Source of the DNA: an uncultured Solibacteraceae bacterium
GTDB taxonomy: Bacteria > Acidobacteriota > Terriglobia > 20CM-2-55-15
Direction: 5' to 3'
Length of the DNA: 64,000 nt
Assembly: GCA_964584785.1 (NCBI GenBank)
Contig: CAZPBY010000001.1
Span: 74,718 to 138,717 of the forward strand
The position numbers and the translations under genes were made by a program. This document shows positions 46,738 through 56,612 of this stretch, in pieces. Under the pieces are notes generated by a model, which did not search any database, had not been told where the DNA came from, and saw only the letters and a program-made list of their open reading frames with translations. How positions within the stretch are numbered: position 1 is the stretch's first letter; every line of letters begins with the position of its first letter.

Positions 46738-49455
46738 ATGAATTCAGCCGGCGCCAGGAAGAGCGTGCCTGCTCTCCTCCTTGTCCTCGGATTGCTTACA
46801 CTGTCGGTCGCGGCTGCGCAAGCTCTAGACACGCTGACTTTGGATACTCCCGATTTCACGCTGAAGCTTCTGGCATCGTCTCAAACCATGGCCTCGCTTC
46901 AACCTAAAGGGGCAGGTAGTTTTGATTTCGCTCCGGCGGATCGACTCGAGAGCCGTGCCGGCGACGGATTCAACGCAATTGGTGACATAACCCTGCGCAT
47001 ACGCAAAGGCACATCTGGATCCTGGGAAAACTATTCAACGAGCGCAGCGCGGCATCCGGTTCGTGCAATGAGTGGGCCCGGTTTCCTTGCCGTCGCTGAT
47101 CTTTCGCCGACTCTGGCGCCGGACTGTCCAATCCAGGTCACGCGACGCTGGTTGCTGGACGATGGCCGCCTTGTCCTCCGTTTCGAATTGAAGAACACGT
47201 CTTCAGACACCGTGCAAGTCGGCGCCCTCGGTCTGCCGATGGTCTTCAACAATATGCTGAAGGGCCGTCCGCTGACGGAAATGGTTGAGGTCAATTCCTT
47301 CTCGGACCCTGCGATCAATCAGGATGGCGGTTATCTTCAGGTCACGCGGCTGAACGGTCATGGTCCGGCGCTTGTTGTCGTACCGGCCGACGGCAAGACA
47401 CCCTTCGAAGCATGGCGATTACTTAATGAACCTAACGGGCCAAACAACCTCTTCAGCCGGGGCAATCCATACGAAGGCGCGTTCGAGTGGATGGTTCACT
47501 CCGCGGCTTATGCGGAAAACGAGTGGAAGGGCAAAGAGCAGTGGAGTCCACCGACGATGGCTTCACTGGAGCCGGGCCAAAGCCGAAGTTACAGTGTGAA
47601 GTTCCTCGTCTCACCCGACATCCGCAACATTGAAAAAACGCTGATCGCCAACAAACGGCCTGTGGCCGTCGGAATCCCGGGCTATATCCTCCCGATGGAT
47701 TTGAACGCGAAGTTGTTTTTGAACTATCCATCCAGAGTCACCTCCATCAAAAGTGAACCAGCCGGTGCGATTGTTGTTCAGGAGAACAAACCCACACAAG
47801 GTGGCTGGAAAGATTACACGCTGCAAGGCAAAACCTGGGGACGTGTGCGCCTCTCCATAAGCTATGCGGACCGCACGACTCAGGCCTTGAGTTATTACGT
47901 CATCAAGCCCGCGTCCCAACCGGTGGCCGACCTGGGAAACTTCCTGTTCACAAAACAGTGGTACGTCAATCCTGACGATCCTTTCCATCGCAGTCCGTCC
48001 GTGATGACATACGATCGTGCCAACAACCGCCTCGTCCTGCAGGACGCGCGCGCCTGGATTGCCGGCCTCGGCGATGAAGGAGGCGCCGGTTCATGGCTGG
48101 CCGCGGCGATGAAGGAATTTGGCCAGCCGCGCAAAGACGAGATTGCGAAGTTCGAACAGTTCGTGGATGGAGTTCTGTGGGGACAACTGCAGTACAGCGA
48201 AGGTCCGCGCCAATACGGCGTGAAAAAGAGTTTGTTCTATTACGATCCCGCCGCGCTTCCCTCCTTTCCTTATGAAGAACGGTTCAATTGGACGACATGG
48301 ACCAGCTGGAACAAACCCGCCGCAGAGTCCGTGAATCGCGCTTATGACTATCCACACGTTGTAGCGGCGTATTGGGCCATGTACCGGATTGCGCGAAACT
48401 ACGACGGTCTGGTGACGCACCATGCATGGGATTGGTATCTGAATCAGGCCTTCCAGACCGCCAACTATCTCGGCACTCATGCCAACATCGGCAACAGTCG
48501 CGACGGTCTCATGGACGGCACTATTTTTCTGATGTTGCTGGATGATCTGAAACGCGAGGGCTGGAAGAGTCAGTCCGAGACGCTCGAGGGCCAACTGAAA
48601 ACGCGCGCCGAAGACTGGAACAAGCGTGCTTTACCATACGGCAGCGAAATGGCGTGGGATTCCACAGGTCAGGAGCAGATTTACGGAATCACCAAATACT
48701 TCGGCAATGACGAAAAGGCGCGAATCACTCTGGACTCCGTGTTGGGTTACATGCCGTCCATTCCGCATTGGGGCTACAACGGCAGCGCCCGCCGTTTTTG
48801 GGACTTCTTTTACGGCGCGGCGCCAGGAGGTACCGCCGAACGGCAGTTGCATCATTACGGCTCCGGACTCAACGCGATTCCGGTGCTTTCCGCATTCCGC
48901 GGCGATCCCGATGATTTCCACCTGCTGCGCACCGGCTACGCCGGCGCTATGGGCGGATTAAGCAACATCGATCAGGAAGGCTTCGCCGGCACTGCGTTTC
49001 ACTCCTTTCCGCAGAACATGCGGTGGGATACCTACTCCGGCGATTATGGTCCGAACTTTTTCGGCGTTGCCGTGAATGCGGGAACTTACATTATCAATCA
49101 TCCGGAATTCGGCTGGCAGGCCTTTGGCGGGAACACGAAGACCGATAGCGACTGGATTCGAGTTCAACCGCTCGATGCGTTTCGGCAACGCGTTTATGTC
49201 GGACCGCTGGGATTGTGGCTCACCCTCGATTCCGGGACGTTCGACAACATCGAAATCAACAGCAGGACGCACGCCGTGCGCGCCGGTCTTGCCGCCGCTA
49301 CACCATCCACGAAGTCCGCGCGGCTGCGCATTGAACAGCCCGCGAAAATTCCAGGAGTCGGCGTTTACCATCCCAAAGGAAACTTCGAGAAGGAACGGGA
49401 CGCATTTACGATCGCGCTTCAGAACGGAATTTCATGGATCGAGTTGGTTCCGTGA
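46738..49455 (+). CDS. large secreted protein of unknown function (possible glycoside-hydrolase accessory/enzyme)
   Basis: Signal peptide, 905 aa. GGAGG SD. It starts 4 nt after the GH127 stop. No recognisable catalytic motif. Confidence 0.55.
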   Translation: MNSAGARKSVPALLLVLGLLTLSVAAAQALDTLTLDTPDFTLKLLASSQTMASLQPKGAGSFDFAPADRLESRAGDGFNAIGDITLRIRKGTSGSWENYSTSAARHPVRAMSGPGFLAVADLSPTLAPDCPIQVTRRWLLDDGRLVLRFELKNTSSDTVQVGALGLPMVFNNMLKGRPLTEMVEVNSFSDPAINQDGGYLQVTRLNGHGPALVVVPADGKTPFEAWRLLNEPNGPNNLFSRGNPYEGAFEWMVHSAAYAENEWKGKEQWSPPTMASLEPGQSRSYSVKFLVSPDIRNIEKTLIANKRPVAVGIPGYILPMDLNAKLFLNYPSRVTSIKSEPAGAIVVQENKPTQGGWKDYTLQGKTWGRVRLSISYADRTTQALSYYVIKPASQPVADLGNFLFTKQWYVNPDDPFHRSPSVMTYDRANNRLVLQDARAWIAGLGDEGGAGSWLAAAMKEFGQPRKDEIAKFEQFVDGVLWGQLQYSEGPRQYGVKKSLFYYDPAALPSFPYEERFNWTTWTSWNKPAAESVNRAYDYPHVVAAYWAMYRIARNYDGLVTHHAWDWYLNQAFQTANYLGTHANIGNSRDGLMDGTIFLMLLDDLKREGWKSQSETLEGQLKTRAEDWNKRALPYGSEMAWDSTGQEQIYGITKYFGNDEKARITLDSVLGYMPSIPHWGYNGSARRFWDFFYGAAPGGTAERQLHHYGSGLNAIPVLSAFRGDPDDFHLLRTGYAGAMGGLSNIDQEGFAGTAFHSFPQNMRWDTYSGDYGPNFFGVAVNAGTYIINHPEFGWQAFGGNTKTDSDWIRVQPLDAFRQRVYVGPLGLWLTLDSGTFDNIEINSRTHAVRAGLAAATPSTKSARLRIEQPAKIPGVGVYHPKGNFEKERDAFTIALQNGISWIELVP

Positions 49456-49475
49456 GGATGTCACGATCGAGCTGT

Positions 49476-49570
49476 GTTTCGTCACGAAGCCCGTCGCTGC
49501 GCTCCGGGTTCTGCACAATGTGCCAAACCTGACAGAACCCGGAGCGCAGCGACGGGCTTCGTGACGAAAC
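49476..49570. repeat. perfect 38-bp inverted repeat (95-bp hairpin element) between the secreted-protein gene and galT
   Basis: GTTTCGTCACGAAGCCCGTCGCTGCGCTCCGGGTTCTG, a 19-nt loop, then the exact reverse complement. There is no U-tract after it. Confidence 0.8.
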
Positions 49571-49598
49571 GCAAAGTCCGCTCCCGTGGATAACGCGA

Positions 49599-50675
49599 AT
49601 GAATGATCCAAACAAGTGGGAAGAACGATGGCATCCGCTGCGGGAGGAATGGGTCATCATCGCGGCGCACCGTCAGGACAGGCCGTGGCATGGCGAAACG
49701 AAAGGTGCGACGTCCGCTAATGCCTCTACGCCGGAGTACCACGAGCGATGCTATTTCTGTCCCGGTAACCGGCGAGTCGGCGGCGCCCGTAACGAAAACT
49801 ACAGCGGCATATTTGTTTTCGATAACGATCATCCCTGCGTTGGACCAAACGCGCCAGATGTGCTTGATCCTGCGACCGGCATCTACCGCAATCGGCCGGC
49901 ACAAGGCCTGGCCCGCGTCATCTGCTACAGCCCGAAACATAACCTCACGCTCGCCGAGATGGAGATTCCTGAAATCGAAAACCTTATGAAAGCCTGGCGA
50001 GATCAGTACGTCGAACTAGGCGACAGGCCGCAAGTCCGCCACGTTTTGGTGTTCGAGAATAAGGGCGAGGTCGTCGGCGTTTCGAACCCGCATCCACACT
50101 GTCAGATCTACGCGACCAATTTTGTGTTCAAGTTCATCGAGACCGAGGCGGAGGTTTCACGCAAGTATTACGAAGACAAAGGCCGGAGCCTGTTCGAAGA
50201 CATCATCAAAACCGAACGTGACGATGGACGCCGCGTCATTTATGAAAACTCTTCGGCGATCGCATTCATGCCGTACTTCGCGAGGTACGCTTACGAATCC
50301 TATGTTGCGCCCCGGGCGATGCATCCGGATCTGGCGAGTCTCAACAAAGACGAAATAAAGGACCTCGCCGAGGCTTTGAAAATCATGCTGGTGCGTTATG
50401 ACAACTTATGGCGGATGCCGTTTCCGTACGTGATGACGCTGCACCACGCTCCGCTGGATGGCGCGAATCACGACGGCTTTCATTTCCACATCGAGTTCCA
50501 TCCTCCACTGCGCAAACCGAATCTGCTGAAATATCTCGCCGGCCCGGAGATCGGCGGCGGTAACTTTCTCAGTGACACATTGCCGGAAGAAAAGGCGCAA
50601 GAGCTGAGGAACTTACCTGACGTTCACTACAAACATGAGCGGAGCGAATGCAAGCCCGATAGGGCGCAGCCTTAA
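49599..50675 (+). CDS. galT: galactose-1-phosphate uridylyltransferase (HIT superfamily)
   Basis: Zn site CYFCPGN. Active-site HPHCQ. Overall GalT colinearity. The C-terminal 13 residues and the stop come from the 45-nt repeat copy. Confidence 0.85.
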   Translation: MNDPNKWEERWHPLREEWVIIAAHRQDRPWHGETKGATSANASTPEYHERCYFCPGNRRVGGARNENYSGIFVFDNDHPCVGPNAPDVLDPATGIYRNRPAQGLARVICYSPKHNLTLAEMEIPEIENLMKAWRDQYVELGDRPQVRHVLVFENKGEVVGVSNPHPHCQIYATNFVFKFIETEAEVSRKYYEDKGRSLFEDIIKTERDDGRRVIYENSSAIAFMPYFARYAYESYVAPRAMHPDLASLNKDEIKDLAEALKIMLVRYDNLWRMPFPYVMTLHHAPLDGANHDGFHFHIEFHPPLRKPNLLKYLAGPEIGGGNFLSDTLPEEKAQELRNLPDVHYKHERSECKPDRAQP

Positions 50676-50679
50676 GTAA
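50635..50679 (+). repeat. third copy of the 45-nt element/13-14-codon ORF ([14 protein letters not shown]) at the galT/IMPase junction
   Basis: ATGAGCGGAGCGAATGCAAGCCCGATAGGGCGCAGC is near-identical to 40621..40710. It overlaps the galT 3' end in another frame. Its TAA (50677..50679) is 1 nt before the downstream ATG at 50681. Confidence 0.6.
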
Positions 50680-50680
50680 G

Positions 50681-51685
50681 ATGAACCCGCGTAGCCTCCT
50701 TCAGCCGCTGAAAACCATTCACGACCGCATTCGGGACGCTGTTCAGGCAGCGACTGAAAATCAGCAACCCGGCGAACTCGCCCGCGTCCGGAGAGACGAT
50801 GCCGGCGACACGATCTACGGAATCGACGTCGTCAGCGAAGAGACGCTGCTGGACCTTTTTGAAGAGTTGAGTCAACGCGAGTCGTTTGTGTTGGTCGCTG
50901 AAGGACTGCGTGACGGCCAGATTGTTTTTCCTCGCGGCGCCGACGAAGCGAAAGTGACCTGGCGGATCATCGTGGATCCGATCGACGGAACACGCGGGAT
51001 CATGTATCAGAAGCGCAGCGCGTGGGTGCTGACGGGTCTCGCTCCGAATCGTGGACCTGAGACGTCGCTGCAGGATGTTGTGCTCGCGATTCAAACGGAA
51101 ATTCCCCTCATCAAACAACACCTTTCGGATCAGCTGTGGGCAATTCGTGGCCAGGGAGCCGAGGCGCTGCGCTACAACCGGCTCACCGGAACATACTCCA
51201 CATTCGTGCCTCGGCCGTCACAAGCGAGCACGATCGCGCATGGTTTCGCGATGATTTCGAGATTCGTTCCCGGCGTGCGTGACGAATTGGCCGCAATCGA
51301 TGAAGAGATCGTGATCGCCGCGCTGGGGCCGGTCGAACCAGGAAAGGCGCACTGCTTCGAGGATCAGTACATTTCCAATGGCGGCCAGCTTTACGAATTG
51401 ATGGCCGGCCACGACCGGTTTGTCGCCGACTTGCGGCCGTTGCTGGAACCCATTGCCGCACGACGCGGAATGCGGCTTGGCCTTTGCTGTCATCCTTATG
51501 ATCTCTGCACTGCGTTGATCGCAACGGAACTGGGTGTGATGATCACCGACGTCCGCGGCGGAGTCCTGGACGCGCCCATGAATGTTTCTGCAAATGTCGC
51601 GTGGGCCGGATATGCGAATGAGCAGATCCGGCGCCAGATCGAGCCCCTGCTGCAATCGGCTTTGCGTAAACGCGGGTTGTTGTGA
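50681..51685 (+). CDS. inositol-monophosphatase/FBPase superfamily protein
   Basis: IVDPIDGT metal-binding motif and a WVLTGLA-type second motif. 334 aa. Confidence 0.6.
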   Translation: MNPRSLLQPLKTIHDRIRDAVQAATENQQPGELARVRRDDAGDTIYGIDVVSEETLLDLFEELSQRESFVLVAEGLRDGQIVFPRGADEAKVTWRIIVDPIDGTRGIMYQKRSAWVLTGLAPNRGPETSLQDVVLAIQTEIPLIKQHLSDQLWAIRGQGAEALRYNRLTGTYSTFVPRPSQASTIAHGFAMISRFVPGVRDELAAIDEEIVIAALGPVEPGKAHCFEDQYISNGGQLYELMAGHDRFVADLRPLLEPIAARRGMRLGLCCHPYDLCTALIATELGVMITDVRGGVLDAPMNVSANVAWAGYANEQIRRQIEPLLQSALRKRGLL

Positions 51686-53043
51686 TGCCTGCCGAACAGC
51701 CAAACGGCTTGCCCGAATTCCTGGAGACCATCCGAAGGCAAAAGTTATTTGAACCTGGAGCATCGTTGATTGTCGCGCGAGCGCCTGGACGTCTGGACGT
51801 GATGGGAGGGATTGCGGATTATTCGGGCTCGCTCGTCCTGCAACGTCCCCTCGCTGAAGCAACATTCGCGGCGTGCCAGCGGCGGCGTGAAGCGATTATC
51901 GAGATGGTCAGCGTGGGTCGACGGCCTGTAACGATACCGGGTGCTTCGTTCGCTCCGCATGGTGAGCCGATCGATTACGACGAGGCGCGGACACTTTTTC
52001 GTCGCGTCGAGGAGGATCGCTGGTCGGCATACGTGGCCGGAGTCTTACTTACGCTGATGCGTGAACGCAACTTGTCTTTCGCTGAGGGCTCCGATGGCGT
52101 CAGAATCGTCATTTCATCCACCGTCCCTCAAGGCAAGGGTGTTGCGTCATCCGCGGCCGTCGAGGTCGCGGCGATGACAGCCGTAGCTGCGGCTTTCGAT
52201 ATTCCACTCGAGCCTCACGAGATCGCGCTGCTTTGTCAGAAGGCAGAGAATCTCGTCGCAGGCGCGCCGTGCGGAGTGATGGACCAGATGACTTCGGTCT
52301 TTGGTGAACCGGATGCCTTGATGGCGCTGCTCTGCCAGCCCGCTGAATTGCAGGCGCCGGTGCCCGTTCCGGAAGGAATCTCGTTTTGGGGGTTGGATTC
52401 CGGTGAGCGCCACTCGGTGGGCGGCTCCGATTATGAATCGGTCCGAACGGGAACTTTTATGGGGCGTCGCCTGATCGCTGAAATCGATGCGACACGCGGC
52501 TACCTGGCGAACATTTCACCTGAAGACTTCGAACATCAGTTTATCCCGCACCTGCCTGAAGAGATGTCCGGCAAGGCGTTTCTGTCTCGGTATTCCGGAA
52601 CAGCGGATCCCGTCACGACGGTTTCATCCGAGCGCACGTACAAAATCCGTCAACCAACAGCGCATCCTATCTACGAAAATCATCGAGTTCATGCATTCCG
52701 GCGACTGCTGCTGGACCGCGTCGGCGAAAGTGAACGAATCGAGCTCGGTCAGCTGATGTATCAATCGCACGCGAGCTATTCCGCCTGCAGGCTGGGCTCG
52801 CGAGGAACGGACTTAATTGTGGAGCTTGTACGCAGGCAAGGACCACGAAACGGATTCTATGGCGCGAGGATCACGGGCGGAGGCAGTGGCGGAACGGTCG
52901 CCATCCTCGGCCGCAACGACGCAGGTACAGCCATCGCGAAAGTCGTTGATGAGTACGAACGCATCACCGGCTATCGCCCATACGTCTTCTCCGGCTCGTC
53001 AGCCGGAGCTTTAGCATTCGGCAAAGTCGCTCTGGTCTTCTAA
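51682..53043 (+). CDS. GHMP-family sugar kinase (galactokinase-like)
   Basis: Galactokinase-type signature [16 protein letters not shown] (canonical GRVNLIGEHxDY with E-H replaced by G-G). GHMP motif [15 protein letters not shown]. The start overlaps the upstream stop (GTGATG). Confidence 0.75.
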   Translation: MMPAEQPNGLPEFLETIRRQKLFEPGASLIVARAPGRLDVMGGIADYSGSLVLQRPLAEATFAACQRRREAIIEMVSVGRRPVTIPGASFAPHGEPIDYDEARTLFRRVEEDRWSAYVAGVLLTLMRERNLSFAEGSDGVRIVISSTVPQGKGVASSAAVEVAAMTAVAAAFDIPLEPHEIALLCQKAENLVAGAPCGVMDQMTSVFGEPDALMALLCQPAELQAPVPVPEGISFWGLDSGERHSVGGSDYESVRTGTFMGRRLIAEIDATRGYLANISPEDFEHQFIPHLPEEMSGKAFLSRYSGTADPVTTVSSERTYKIRQPTAHPIYENHRVHAFRRLLLDRVGESERIELGQLMYQSHASYSACRLGSRGTDLIVELVRRQGPRNGFYGARITGGGSGGTVAILGRNDAGTAIAKVVDEYERITGYRPYVFSGSSAGALAFGKVALVF

Positions 53044-53104
53044 CGAGCGATGCGGATTCGCTTGGACGCTTGACGTTAGTAGAACTTCTCCGCCGCGTGA
53101 CCGT

Positions 53105-55846
53105 CTAGTGGAGAAGCGCCGGCCAGTTCACGATCACGTTTAACTGAGGGGAATCCTGGAGAGTCGCGCTTACTAAAAAGGGGCGGCGGGCATCGGCCGT
53201 TACCTCATAAAAGTTACTGCCGCTGGGCAGCAAAAACAACTCGTGAGGGGACGAAGTCGTGATGGAGCGACCTTCCAGCTTGATGTCGACGCTCTGCAAC
53301 TTTTTTTCGGGTGAGATGTAAAACAACTTGTGCCCGTCGGCGCTCCAGGCTGGGACGGTTCCTCCGCGTGCGGAAATCTGGAACTTCCGCTCCGCATCCG
53401 GAAAAGAACGAACATAGATTTCATACCGCCCCGATTCGTCGGACTCATATGCAACCCAGCGGGGACTCGGCTCCGGGGAGAATCGCGCGTTGAGTTCATT
53501 AAACCGCGTGCGGAGGTACGGTCTGGGTTGCGCGTCCTCGGGTGAACTTCCCGTGGACGCCACGGGCAGGATCCAAAGATCGCGATTGGTTTGCGTATCG
53601 CTGCTGAAGTAGATGATTTGACGGCCGTCGCCCGACCAGTCCGTCGCATGAGCAAATTGGTGGGTCATCTGACGTTCGCTGCCGTTTCCTGTTACGTCTT
53701 TGAGGAACAGGTAAGGGGGCCGTGTGAACACCATCTGCCGGCCATCGGGCGACCACAACGGATCAAAATTAATGCCCGGGCCGAATGTAAATCTCGTCGA
53801 TACATCCCGATCGATATCGACGATCCACAAATCGTAGTCCGGACCGCTCGTGTTGCGCGCTAAAACAATACGGCGGCCATCGGGCGACAAAGCGAAGTTC
53901 CTGACCAATCCCGGTTCTCCGACTGTGCCAATGGGCCTGCCCGATGAATCCACCCATGTCAACTGGCGATGATTGCCGGAAGAGCGATAAAGAAGAACGC
54001 CACTGCCCGACGCGTCCGCCTCTATTCGATATGAGTATCCGCTGTCAACCGGATCTGCGATGGCCGTAAGTTCGCCCGTCAGTTTGAGGGAGGTTGCATC
54101 AAACTCCTGTGCCACAAGGGTCCCATTGCGCCGCCATAGAAGGTACGTATTCCCACGCACTCCTTTCGCAAAAACTGCATTCGAATCCGTAATCAAAATC
54201 CGAATGGCCTCGTCGGGTTTTGTCAACGATGCAACGTATATGCCCGTGTCGCTGGAATTCTCGCTGACGCTGAAATACAAGAAGTGACCACCGGACAAGA
54301 ACTGCGGCCACATATGAAATCTTTCGCGACGTGCGGCGTTGAGCGCCGTGAACTGCACCGGTTCGCCGCCCGACGCAGGCACTCGGAACAACGTTTGTGC
54401 GGCGACCGAAAAAATAATTTGTCCGTCCTCACTCCAGGCGCCGCCTCGTGTTCCGAGCGCCATTTTGCAGATTATGGCCGGTGCCCCACCTGCAAGATCG
54501 ATGCGTTGCAGCTTTCCTGCGGCAAAGAATGCAAGAGACTTGCTGTCGGGAGACCCCAAAGGTTGCTGTGCTCCTTCCGTATCAGGAATCAATCTGGCCT
54601 CGGCGGCATCCAGAGGCCGGATCCACAGTCCCGTCTTCTCCTTCACCGTGGCAACAAACGCGATGGTTGTTCCGTCTGGCGATACGGCAAAACTAGCCTG
54701 AAAAAACTGGCCCCCCTCGGGGGGCACAATCTGCAAACGGAATGCGCGTTGTCCATTCGAGGTGTTGCCGCGGAAGCGAAACATCGACCAGCCGACAGCT
54801 ACAACGCCGAGCAACAACGCCACAGCGATTATCCATCGCCACGCGGAACGCGAAGTTGTGGCCAGCTGCTTTGGCGTTTGCGCCGCCCATTCCAATTCCG
54901 CCTTAACATCCGCCGCGTTCTGCCAGCGATCGTCCGGTTCAAGAGCCAAACATCTTTCCATGATGTGAGCGCACTTCTCATCAAACACGCGGATGGTGCT
55001 TTGACCTTGTACATAGAAATGTCCGGCCGCCATCTCGAACAGGATGAGGCCCAACGCGAAGATGTCGGTCCGCGCATCCGTCTCGCGGCCGGCGGTCTGC
55101 TCGGGCGCCATGTATTGCGGCGTCCCCATCACGGCTCCACGCTGCGTTATTGTCGCGTCGCCTTTGAATTTTGCCAAACCGAAGTCCAGAACTTTCACTC
55201 CGGATTTCGTGACCATGATGTTGCCGGGTTTCAGGTCGCGATGAGTAATCCCGCGACTGTGTGCGACGGCGAGAGCGTCCGCAATCTGTGCCCCATATCG
55301 CAGTACTTGCGGTATTGCGAGAGCGCCACTCTTCAGCCGGACCGACAACGATTCTCCTTCGACGAGTTCCATCACCAGATAATCCAGGCCGTCAATCTGC
55401 AGCACGTCGTGGAGAACGCAGATGTGTGGGTGATTCAACGCCGCGAGAGCCTGAGCTTCGCGCTCGAAGCGCTGCTTCATTGCGACATCGGTGGAGAATT
55501 GCGGCGGTAGTGCTTTGATGGCAACGGTACGGCCCAGCCGGGAGTCGCGGGCGCGAAAGACCTGGCCCATGCCGCCCTGGCCCAACAGTTGTTCGATGAC
55601 ATAAGGTCCGATGCGAGCACCGATCGTGAGCAGGCTTTTCGTTTCATTCACTTCATTGTTCATAGCACCAACGGCCCGAATGAAGTCGCCGGTTTTGTTG
55701 TCCTGCTCGAGCAACCCTTCCACTTCGCGCCGCAGCTCGGTATCCGTACCGCACTGTTCATTGAGGAATTGCCGACGCGCCTCCGGTCCGAGTTCGTTTG
55801 CAGCGTGATACAACGACTCCACTTTTTTCGACGATTCACGTTTCAT
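53105..55846 (-). CDS. Ser/Thr protein kinase with TolB-like beta-propeller (paralogue 4)
   Basis: GQGGMGQVFRARD, HRDLKPGNIMV, DFGLAK. A transmembrane segment. PD40 repeats. ATG at 55846. Confidence 0.85.
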   Translation of the reverse strand: MKRESSKKVESLYHAANELGPEARRQFLNEQCGTDTELRREVEGLLEQDNKTGDFIRAVGAMNNEVNETKSLLTIGARIGPYVIEQLLGQGGMGQVFRARDSRLGRTVAIKALPPQFSTDVAMKQRFEREAQALAALNHPHICVLHDVLQIDGLDYLVMELVEGESLSVRLKSGALAIPQVLRYGAQIADALAVAHSRGITHRDLKPGNIMVTKSGVKVLDFGLAKFKGDATITQRGAVMGTPQYMAPEQTAGRETDARTDIFALGLILFEMAAGHFYVQGQSTIRVFDEKCAHIMERCLALEPDDRWQNAADVKAELEWAAQTPKQLATTSRSAWRWIIAVALLLGVVAVGWSMFRFRGNTSNGQRAFRLQIVPPEGGQFFQASFAVSPDGTTIAFVATVKEKTGLWIRPLDAAEARLIPDTEGAQQPLGSPDSKSLAFFAAGKLQRIDLAGGAPAIICKMALGTRGGAWSEDGQIIFSVAAQTLFRVPASGGEPVQFTALNAARRERFHMWPQFLSGGHFLYFSVSENSSDTGIYVASLTKPDEAIRILITDSNAVFAKGVRGNTYLLWRRNGTLVAQEFDATSLKLTGELTAIADPVDSGYSYRIEADASGSGVLLYRSSGNHRQLTWVDSSGRPIGTVGEPGLVRNFALSPDGRRIVLARNTSGPDYDLWIVDIDRDVSTRFTFGPGINFDPLWSPDGRQMVFTRPPYLFLKDVTGNGSERQMTHQFAHATDWSGDGRQIIYFSSDTQTNRDLWILPVASTGSSPEDAQPRPYLRTRFNELNARFSPEPSPRWVAYESDESGRYEIYVRSFPDAERKFQISARGGTVPAWSADGHKLFYISPEKKLQSVDIKLEGRSITTSSPHELFLLPSGSNFYEVTADARRPFLVSATLQDSPQLNVIVNWPALLH

Positions 55847-56109
55847 AGGGCAGCGCGGCAAAGTTCACTGACGGCCAGATGGCGCTAAAAATATTGCCTC
55901 GCGACCCAATGTGCAACCTGATTTGGTCTGGTCCGCCTGACGAATCGATTCACAGCGCTTGGCTATGCGCCGGTATCTGAAGGCGGTGAGGCGTGAACGT
56001 CGCGTGTGGCAGCGACCTGCAAGGGCAAACAGTCGAAAATTGACGAGGTGTATTGGCCGCGCTATGCTCACGCGCCATCAACCAGCACGACAACCCGAGG
56101 GGACGTTCA

Positions 56110-56427
56110 ATGGCCAAGATCAAGGGCATCGAAGGCATGACCGACGAGCTCATCATGTTCGAAGTGCAAAACGGCGCCAAATTCGTCATCTATGAATACT
56201 GCATCTCGGCTTTGATCGTCACGTTCAGACGCAGTTCGGATGTCTACTTCATCAGGCCGGGAGAAAGCGCCGTGGCGAAGGGAATGCCTTATACGCTCTT
56301 GTCTCTGGTCGCCGGGTGGTGGGGCTTCCCGTTTGGATTCATTTACACGCCCATGAGTCTTTATACGAATCTGCGGGGCGGCAAGAACGTCACCGCGCAG
56401 ATTGTCTCGGCGGTGAGGACGAAGTAA
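56110..56427 (+). CDS. small hypothetical protein (hydrophobic C-terminal half)
   Basis: 105-aa ORF from the ATG at 56110. No recognisable motif. Low confidence. Confidence 0.35.
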   Translation: MAKIKGIEGMTDELIMFEVQNGAKFVIYEYCISALIVTFRRSSDVYFIRPGESAVAKGMPYTLLSLVAGWWGFPFGFIYTPMSLYTNLRGGKNVTAQIVSAVRTK

Positions 56428-56612
56428 CCGGCGCGTTAGCCGAGCATACGCACTTTTGCGGCTCCCGATGATCATCGATTGCAATCGCTTGTGCCCTCCA
56501 TGACGGCCGAGGACACCCGCTATGTTTGCTGGCCGTATCTTGACAACGCATGTTGGGCGGAGCACGATAACTCAAAATCTTCAAGCACAAGCTGGGTAGA
56601 AGGAGGACGGTC

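Noticed and set aside
54284-55510. 408-aa plus-strand ORF antisense to kinase paralogue 4
   Set aside because: Antisense to a gene with clear kinase and PD40 motifs. Low-complexity Arg-rich translation.
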